Positions 57,202 through 64,000 of a stretch of DNA of 64,000 nt are shown here, in pieces. This DNA is from an uncultured Acidobacteriota bacterium (GTDB lineage: Bacteria; Acidobacteriota; Vicinamibacteria; Vicinamibacterales; Fen-181): positions 490,905 to 554,904 of the forward strand of contig CAWAMP010000011.1 of NCBI GenBank assembly GCA_963783255.1. The letters are read 5' to 3'. Positions within the stretch are counted from its first letter, which is position 1, and the number at the start of each line of letters is the position of its first letter. Made by a program: the position numbers and the translations under genes. The notes below the pieces were generated by a model. It made no database searches. It saw only the letters and a program-made list of their open reading frames with translations, and had not been told where the DNA came from.

Positions 57202-59640
57202 ATGCACCACCACGGCTACACGCACGACGACCACCAACCGACGGCACTCACCCGTCGCGAGATGCTGGAAACGATGGGAAAGGCGGCCGCAGCCTCGCTC
57301 GCGATCGCGCCGATCATCGGAAGGGCGGTCGGAACCGCCGCCGCGCCGGCCGCTCCGCTGACCGTCATCGCAGGCCCCGACCGGGTGACGGTGCTCACCG
57401 GCAAGACCTATCTCAACGCCTATGCCGGCTACGGCCCTCCGCCGCGGCGAACGCCTCGGCGACCGGCGCCGGGTGCGGCGCCCGCTCCGCCACCCGAGCC
57501 GCCGGGGCCGACGCCCAAGGCCGCCTGGAGCAAGGTTTCCGGGCCGGGCACCGTGACCTTCGCGGACCCGGCTGCCCCCGTGACGACGGCCGCGTTCTCG
57601 GCCCCCGGCTCGTACGAGGTGAAGCTGACACTCGACAACGGCGAGACCCGTGCGGAATCGGCCCTCAAGGTCGAGGTCGTGCCCGAATCGAAGCTGGTCG
57701 ACCTCCTGCCCATCTACCCCAGGAGCTACCGGATCGACAGCCCGTTCTGGGGCCGGACGGCGAAGGCCCTGATGGTGAACTGGATCCCGCACTGCATCGA
57801 CCAGATCAACCGCACCGACCTCACGCTGGGTCCCGGCGGGATCGACAACTTCGTCGAGGCGGCCAAGGCACTGGCTGGCCAGCCGCACGGTGCCCACAAG
57901 GGATACGTCTTCTCGAACGCGTGGGTGCACCAGACGGTCGAGGCGATGAGCATCGCGCTCATGGTCGACCCGCAGGGCGACCGGGAGATCCTGGCCGCGC
58001 ACGCGAAGATGAGGGCGACGCTCGACGACTGGATTCCGAAGATCCTGGCCGCCCAGGAGCCCGACGGGTACCTCCAGACCGCCTTCACGCTGCGCAACCC
58101 CGAGCGGTGGGCCGAGCGGTGGTCGGCGCAGGGGCGCGGCAATCACGAGGGCTACGTCGCCGGTTACTTCCTGGAATCGGCCATCAACCACTACATGATG
58201 ACGAACAAGGCGGACGCCCGGCTGTACGACGCCGCGACGAAGCTGGCCGACTGCTGGTGCGACAACCTCGGGCCGGCGCCGAAGAAGGAGTGGTTCGACG
58301 GCCACCAGGAGATGGAGCAGGCGCTGGTTCGCTTCGGCCGGTTCGTCAACCAGATGGAGGGCGGGGGCCGCGGCGACCGTTATGTCCGCCTCGCCAAGTT
58401 CCTGCTCGACTCGCGGACGGGCGGCACCGAATACGACCAGAGTCATCTCCCCGTCGTGCAGCAGTACGAGGCGGTCGGGCACGCGGTCCGCGCCGTCTAC
58501 ACCTACTCCGGGATGGCCGACGTGGTCGTCGAGACCCGCGACGTGGACTACCAGAGCGCCGTCCTCTCGATCTGGGACAACCTGGTCAACCGGAAGTACT
58601 ACGTCACGGGCGGCGTGGGCAGCGGGGAGACCTCCGAGGGCTTCGGCCCCGACTACTCGCTGCGGAACAACGCCTACTGCGAATCGTGCTCGAGTTGCGG
58701 CGCGATCTTCTTCCAGTGGAAGCTGAACCTCGCCTACGGCGACGCGAAGTACGCCGACCTCTACGAGGAAACGCTCCACAACGCCCTGCTGGGCTCGCTC
58801 GACCTCGAGGGCCGGAACTTCTACTACGACAACCCGCTGGACTCGAACGTGCCGCGCTACCCGTGGCACACCTGCCCGTGCTGCGTGGGCAACATCGCGC
58901 GGACGCTGCTGATGCTGCCCACGTGGATGTACGCCCGCGGCCCCGACAGCATCTACGTCAACCTGTTCGCCGGAAGCGCGGTCACGGTGGAGAACATCGC
59001 CGGGACCGACGTGCAGATCGTGCAGGTCACCGACTACCCGTGGCACGGGAAGGTGTCGCTCACGGTCAGCCCCAAGGCATCCAAGCGATTCAGCCTCCGC
59101 ATCCGGGTGCCGAATCGCGCCGTGAGCGCGCTCTACGCGCGGACGCCCGCGGTGAAGGGCATGGGCGAGGTCACGGTCAACGGCGCGGCGGTGAGGCCGG
59201 TCATCGAGAAGGGCTACGCCGTGATCACGCGCGTCTGGAAGGCCGGCGACGTCGTCGGCTTCACGCTTCCGCTTGCCGTCCAGCGCGTGAGGGGCAGCGA
59301 GAAGATCGCGGCAACCACGGGGCGCGTCGCGCTCCAGTACGGCCCGCTGATCTACAACATCGAGAAGGTGGACCAGGACATCGCGCGGGCGCTTTCGCCT
59401 TCGGCGCCGTTGACGACGGAGTGGAAGCCGGAGCTGCTTGGCGGGGTGATGATCATCAAGGGGGCGCTCGCAGACGGCAGCCGGTTGACGGCGGTTCCGA
59501 ACTACGCGCGCTACAACCGCAACCCGCCGGTCGTCGCGGCGCCTCAGCCGGCGGCGGCGCCTCCGCCGGCTCCCGGGGCGCAGCCCGTGCGTCCGCCGCC
59601 GCCGCCGGCAACCTCGATTGTGTGGATCAAGGAGCGGTAG
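57202..59640 (+). CDS. GH127 beta-L-arabinofuranosidase-like protein, Tat-exported, with N-terminal PKD/Ig-like domain
   Basis: TRREML twin-Arg signal, WSKVSGPG PKD-like segment, HEGY, GHAVRA, YCESCSSC, CPCCVGN and TDYPW. Confidence 0.9.
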   Translation: MHHHGYTHDDHQPTALTRREMLETMGKAAAASLAIAPIIGRAVGTAAAPAAPLTVIAGPDRVTVLTGKTYLNAYAGYGPPPRRTPRRPAPGAAPAPPPEPPGPTPKAAWSKVSGPGTVTFADPAAPVTTAAFSAPGSYEVKLTLDNGETRAESALKVEVVPESKLVDLLPIYPRSYRIDSPFWGRTAKALMVNWIPHCIDQINRTDLTLGPGGIDNFVEAAKALAGQPHGAHKGYVFSNAWVHQTVEAMSIALMVDPQGDREILAAHAKMRATLDDWIPKILAAQEPDGYLQTAFTLRNPERWAERWSAQGRGNHEGYVAGYFLESAINHYMMTNKADARLYDAATKLADCWCDNLGPAPKKEWFDGHQEMEQALVRFGRFVNQMEGGGRGDRYVRLAKFLLDSRTGGTEYDQSHLPVVQQYEAVGHAVRAVYTYSGMADVVVETRDVDYQSAVLSIWDNLVNRKYYVTGGVGSGETSEGFGPDYSLRNNAYCESCSSCGAIFFQWKLNLAYGDAKYADLYEETLHNALLGSLDLEGRNFYYDNPLDSNVPRYPWHTCPCCVGNIARTLLMLPTWMYARGPDSIYVNLFAGSAVTVENIAGTDVQIVQVTDYPWHGKVSLTVSPKASKRFSLRIRVPNRAVSALYARTPAVKGMGEVTVNGAAVRPVIEKGYAVITRVWKAGDVVGFTLPLAVQRVRGSEKIAATTGRVALQYGPLIYNIEKVDQDIARALSPSAPLTTEWKPELLGGVMIIKGALADGSRLTAVPNYARYNRNPPVVAAPQPAAAPPPAPGAQPVRPPPPPATSIVWIKER

Positions 59641-59656
59641 GAGGAGCACCCTCCCG

Positions 59657-62600
59657 ATGCGACGAGTGTCTGCACTGGCCCTCGCGGTGGCGTTTGCGGT
59701 TTCCGGTCCCGTGCTGGCGCAGGGCCCCGCGCCGGCTTTCGACATCCCGGCCGGCTGGCTGCAGGGCTACGCGCGGACGATCACGGCTACCCAGGTCATC
59801 GCGTATCCCTGGTCGTACCCCGGCCAGGTCTCAACCCTGCTGGTGCGCGCCGTCGACGGCGCCTGGCGCGTCGAGTGGGAAGGCCAGGCCGCGCCTGCGG
59901 GGCCGCAGGACGAACGTGTCGTCTACCTCTGGCACGGCGGGCTGGCATCCGGCTACGGCGCGCATCGGTTCACGCTGACGGTCAACGGCCAGCCGTGCGC
60001 GACATTCACGTCCGGCCGGGACGCCACCGACCGCGCCTGGACGCGCCAGGGCGAAAGCGGATGCACGCTCGCGTTCCAGACGATTCGCGTCGGGACATTC
60101 AACGAGCTGTTCGGCCTGATGATGCTGACGATCCCGCGCCGCGTGGTAGGCGCTGCCGCGCCCCGCTTCGCGGTCGTCGGCGAGGCGGCTGGCAGCCAGG
60201 ACTACTACCTGGGACCAGAGACGCCCGTCGAGGCGTTCGTACGCGTGCGCCCCGAACAGGCCCGCTTCAAAGACGGGCGGCGGGCAGTGAGGCTGGAGGT
60301 GAGCCACCTCGCCGGCCCGGCGCCCGTGGTCGTGCGCACCGGTGGTACCACGCTGCACACGGGCACGCTCAATCCCGGCTACAACCTGGCCACGATGGCG
60401 GTCGACGACAGGGCGGCGTCCCAGCGGATCACGGTGGAGGTGTCCGGACGCGTGGCTTCCGACATGATGGTCTCGCTCCCGCCCGTGCGCGCCTGGGAGA
60501 TCCATCTCCTGCCGCACTCGCACGTCGACATCGGATACTCCGATCCGCAGCCGGAGGTCGAGCGGAAGCAGTGGAAGAACCTGCGGGACGCCGTTGCGCT
60601 CGCGGCGGCGACGGCGACGAACCCGCCCGAGTCGCGCTTCCGGTGGAACGTCGAAGGGCTCTGGTCGGTCGAGAGCTACCTGCAGCAGGCCAGCAACGAC
60701 GAGAGGAGGCAGTTCATCGAGGCCGTGCGGCAGGGCTCGATCGGCCTGCAGGCGAACTACACGAATATCCTCACGGGGTTATGCACGCCGGAGGAACTTG
60801 GCCGCTGGACCGATGCGGCGCGCAGGCTGTCCGGTGAATACGGGTTGCCCATCGGCCGGTCGGCCATGCACACGGACATCCCCGGGCTGAGCTGGACCGT
60901 CGTATCGGCGCTTGCACGCGGCGGCGTCCGCTACTTCAGCAGCGGACCGAACTACATGCCGTCGCTGCCCGACGGCGGCGACCGCATCGGCGCGACGCTG
61001 CACGAACTCGGCGACCGGCCGTTCTGGTGGCTGTCACCCTCCGGCGAGGAGCGGCTGCTGATGTGGGTCGCCGGCCGGGGCTACTCGCTCTTCCACGGCA
61101 TGAACGCGGGCTCGATGGAAACCGGCGGGCGGCAGACGCTGCTCGACTACGTGCTGGAGCTCGACGGCAGAAGCTACCCCTACGACATGGTGCAGATACG
61201 CTACACGATCGGGGGCGACAACGGCCCGACCGATCCGAAGCTGCCGGCGTTCGTGAAGACCTGGAACGAGACGTTCGACGCGCCGCGCCTGGTGATCGAC
61301 ACGGCCGATGCGCTGTTCGAGGCGTTCGAGCGCCAGTACGGTGCGATGCTGCCCGAGCGCCGCGGCGACATGACGCCCTACTGGGAAGACGGCGCCGTGT
61401 CGTCGGCGGCGGAAGAGGCGCTGGTGCGGTCGGCCGCGAGGCGCCTGCAGCAGGCCGAAACGCTCTGGGCGATGAGGAACCCGGCCGCGTTCACCGGACA
61501 AGCGTTCAGCGACGCATGGCGCCAGGTCCTGCTGTGGCACGAGCACACGTGGGGGGCGGCCGACAGCATCAGCCAGCCCGATCGCAAGGACGTGGTCGAT
61601 CAGTGGGCCTACAAGCGGGCCTTCGCGCTCGAGTCCGACGAGCGGTCGCGATCGCTGCTGACGGCTGCGGCGCCGGCGCCCGGGTCGGCGTTCCAGGTCG
61701 CCAACACGCTGTCGTTCGCCCGCGGCGGGCTGGTGCTCCTCGACGCATCCGGAACCGCCGGCCGCGATCGCGCGCTCGACGCCTCTGGCCGCGCGCTCCC
61801 CTCGCAGCGGCTCGCTGACGGACGCCTCGCGGTGCGGGTTTCCGAGGTGCCAGGGTTCGGCGCGGTCCGGCTGAGCGTTGCCGCCGGGGCGCCCGGCGCG
61901 CCGGACCGTCCGGTCGTTCTCGACGGCACCTCGCTCGACAACGGGCGCATCCGCGCAGAGATCGATCCCCGCACCGGCGACATCCGCAGCCTCACGAGCG
62001 CCGCGCTTCCGGGCCGCCAGCTGGTTCGGGAGGGCGCCGGCCTCGGCGCCTATCTCTACGTCGCCGGCCGCGACCCGTCGAAGGCGACCAGGGCTGCGCC
62101 GCCGGCCATCCGCACGATTGCCAGCGGGCCCCTGGTCGCCACTCTCGAGGTTGCCGGCGAGGCGCCCGGGGCCGCACGCCTGGTCAGACGGGTGTCCCTG
62201 ATGGCAGGCGCGGACGATGTCGAGATCGAGATGGTCGTCGACAAGTCCCTGGTGCGCGAGAAGGAGAGTGCGCACGTGGCCTTCCCGCTGAACGTGGCCG
62301 GCGGCGTCATCCGCGCCGACCTCGGGGAGGCGGTCGTGACCTTCGAAAGCGACCAGCTCGCGGGGTCGTGCAAGGACTTCGTCGGCGTCACGAGCGCCAT
62401 CGACGTCTCGAACGACCAGGCGGGTGTGACGGTCGCGTCGCTCGACGCGCCGCTCTTCGAGATCGGTGCGCTGACCGACGAGCGCAGCGTGAACGGTCGG
62501 CCGCGCGCGTGGCGGCGGCAGGTCGCGCCGGGAACCGACGTCTTCGCGTACCTGCTGAACAACTACTGGCACACCAACTACAAGGCGGACCAGGCGGGCC

Positions 62601-62974
62601 AGGTGACGTTCCGGTTCCGCGTCAGGCCGCACGGACCGTTCGATCCGACGGCGTTCCGGCGCTCCGGCGCCATCGTGGAACAGCCGCTGCTGGCGCTGCC
62701 GTCGGCGGCGGACGCGCCGCTGCCGCGGCTCCCTTTCCGGCTCGACGGCGCCGCGGTCGTCGTCTCGGCCCTGCGGCCGACGGATGACGGCGCCGGATTC
62801 CTGGTGCGCCTCCACAACCCGTCCGCCGCCGTCGCGACCGCGCGCATCGCCGGCACCGGCTCCGCTCCGCTTCGCGTCGCCGAAAGCGACGAGAGCGCAC
62901 GGGCAGGGAAGCCCGTCGGAGACTCCCTGACGCTGCCGCCGTTCGGGACCCTGGTGCTGAGGGTGGAACGATAG
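59657..62974 (+). CDS. Glycoside hydrolase family 38 (alpha-mannosidase-like), exported
   Basis: Signal peptide, LPHSHVDIGY, FRWNVE, DIPG, WHEHTWG and NNYWHTNY. Confidence 0.85.
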   Translation: MRRVSALALAVAFAVSGPVLAQGPAPAFDIPAGWLQGYARTITATQVIAYPWSYPGQVSTLLVRAVDGAWRVEWEGQAAPAGPQDERVVYLWHGGLASGYGAHRFTLTVNGQPCATFTSGRDATDRAWTRQGESGCTLAFQTIRVGTFNELFGLMMLTIPRRVVGAAAPRFAVVGEAAGSQDYYLGPETPVEAFVRVRPEQARFKDGRRAVRLEVSHLAGPAPVVVRTGGTTLHTGTLNPGYNLATMAVDDRAASQRITVEVSGRVASDMMVSLPPVRAWEIHLLPHSHVDIGYSDPQPEVERKQWKNLRDAVALAAATATNPPESRFRWNVEGLWSVESYLQQASNDERRQFIEAVRQGSIGLQANYTNILTGLCTPEELGRWTDAARRLSGEYGLPIGRSAMHTDIPGLSWTVVSALARGGVRYFSSGPNYMPSLPDGGDRIGATLHELGDRPFWWLSPSGEERLLMWVAGRGYSLFHGMNAGSMETGGRQTLLDYVLELDGRSYPYDMVQIRYTIGGDNGPTDPKLPAFVKTWNETFDAPRLVIDTADALFEAFERQYGAMLPERRGDMTPYWEDGAVSSAAEEALVRSAARRLQQAETLWAMRNPAAFTGQAFSDAWRQVLLWHEHTWGAADSISQPDRKDVVDQWAYKRAFALESDERSRSLLTAAAPAPGSAFQVANTLSFARGGLVLLDASGTAGRDRALDASGRALPSQRLADGRLAVRVSEVPGFGAVRLSVAAGAPGAPDRPVVLDGTSLDNGRIRAEIDPRTGDIRSLTSAALPGRQLVREGAGLGAYLYVAGRDPSKATRAAPPAIRTIASGPLVATLEVAGEAPGAARLVRRVSLMAGADDVEIEMVVDKSLVREKESAHVAFPLNVAGGVIRADLGEAVVTFESDQLAGSCKDFVGVTSAIDVSNDQAGVTVASLDAPLFEIGALTDERSVNGRPRAWRRQVAPGTDVFAYLLNNYWHTNYKADQAGQVTFRFRVRPHGPFDPTAFRRSGAIVEQPLLALPSAADAPLPRLPFRLDGAAVVVSALRPTDDGAGFLVRLHNPSAAVATARIAGTGSAPLRVAESDESARAGKPVGDSLTLPPFGTLVLRVER

Positions 62975-62975
62975 G

Positions 62976-63090
62976 AGAATCTTGCGATCGTGCGAACTTG
63001 CGATCTTGCGAACTGGGGATCCGGCGAACTGGGGATCTGGCGAACTGGGGATCTGGCGAACTGGGGATCCGGCGAACTGGGGATCTGGCG
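62976..63090 (+). repeat. 8/16-nt periodic GCGA array filling the intergenic space
   Basis: AGAATCTT GCGATCGT GCGAACTT GCGATCTT (GCGAACTG GGGATCYG)x5 GCG, then ATG. Confidence 0.88.
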
Positions 63091-64000
63091 ATGAAACGAA
63101 TGCTCGCCGGACTTCCGCTGCTGTTTGTCGTCGCCCTTGCCGCCGGCGGCGCTCCGGCCCTGGACCCGCCGCGGTACGACGTCATCCTGCGCGGCGGTCG
63201 CGTCGTGGATGGGACCGGGAGTCCGTGGGTGCGCGCGGATGTGGCGATCAGGGGCGACACCATCGCCGCGGTCGCGGCCGGGATCGACGCACCCGCCGCC
63301 CTGGTCATCGATGCGACCGGGATGGTCGTCAGCCCCGGCTTCATCGACATCCACACCCACGCCCGGCGCGGGATCTTCAGCGTGCCAACGGCCGACAACT
63401 ACACCCGTCAGGGCGTGACGACGATCTACGAAGGCCCGGACGGGAGTTCGCCGCTGCCGATCAAGTCGTTTCTCGATCGCGTCGCGGCCACGAGGATCTC
63501 GCCGAATGTCGGCACGTTCGTGGGTCAGGGATCCATCCGCGAACAGGTGATCGGGACGGTCGACCGGAAGGCGACGTCGGCCGAGATCGACCGGATGCGA
63601 GAACTGGTGCGCCAGGGCATGAGGGACGGGGCGGTCGGCCTCAGTACAGGCCTGTTCTATGTGCCCGGCATCTTCACGCCGACCGACGAGGTGATCGAAC
63701 TGGCGAAGGTCGCCGGGGCCATGGGGGGTATCCACGTCTCGCACATGCGAAACGAGGCCTCCGGCGTCCTCGACAGCGTCCGTGAGACGATCGCCATCGG
63801 CGAACGCGGCGGCCTGCCGACGCAGGTGACGCACCACAAGATCATCGGCGTGCAGAACTGGGGCCAGAGCGTCGCGTCGCTGGACCTGGTTCGAGCGGCG
63901 CGCGCCCGCGGTGTCGACGTCACGATAGACCAGTACCCCTATACGGCCTCAGCGACCGGAATCAACGCGCTCCTGCCGTCGTGGGCGCTCGAGGGCGGAC
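63091..64000 (+). CDS. N-acyl-D-amino-acid deacylase / D-aminoacylase family amidohydrolase (runs off the right edge)
   Basis: Read manually: MKRMLAGL..., RGGRVVDGTG, PGFIDIHTH, QGVTT, GLSTGLFYVPG, SHMRNE and DVTIDQYPYTA. Confidence 0.9.
   Translation, partial: MKRMLAGLPLLFVVALAAGGAPALDPPRYDVILRGGRVVDGTGSPWVRADVAIRGDTIAAVAAGIDAPAALVIDATGMVVSPGFIDIHTHARRGIFSVPTADNYTRQGVTTIYEGPDGSSPLPIKSFLDRVAATRISPNVGTFVGQGSIREQVIGTVDRKATSAEIDRMRELVRQGMRDGAVGLSTGLFYVPGIFTPTDEVIELAKVAGAMGGIHVSHMRNEASGVLDSVRETIAIGERGGLPTQVTHHKIIGVQNWGQSVASLDLVRAARARGVDVTIDQYPYTASATGINALLPSWALEGG

Overview
Very GC-rich bacterial chromosomal segment, most consistent with an Acidobacteriota (Vicinamibacteria-like) genome. This is inferred from the acidobacterial VWA proteins and the many exported peptidases and glycosidases. 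It carries about 50 genes: purL (cut by the left edge), tricorn protease, MFS and ABC transporters, a thiolase/3-hydroxyacyl-CoA dehydrogenase pair, GH29/GH97/GH127/GH38 glycosidases, queD/queC, glnS, a sigma-54 activator followed by an HD-GYP/GAF/GGDEF gene, and others. I saw no rRNA, tRNA, CRISPR array, transposase or prophage. Highlights: (1) two hidden selenoprotein genes that the ORF track splits or truncates at an in-frame UGA inside a UxxC redox motif, each followed by a SECIS-like hairpin; one is a ~667-aa exported helical-repeat plus thioredoxin-fold protein (54983-56986), the other a 76-aa glutaredoxin (33302-33532). (2) Six 8-nt-periodic GCGA-type repeat arrays, each starting just after a stop codon and always oriented with the upstream gene. 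(3) A complete-looking sigma-54 control region (paired enhancer palindromes, a perfect 20-bp palindrome, an IHF site and a -24/-12 box) next to an activator with an N-terminal winged helix. (4) A ~220-nt structured intergenic RNA candidate. (5) A degenerate PilT-like ATPase, an oversized GlpX-like protein and several leaderless genes.
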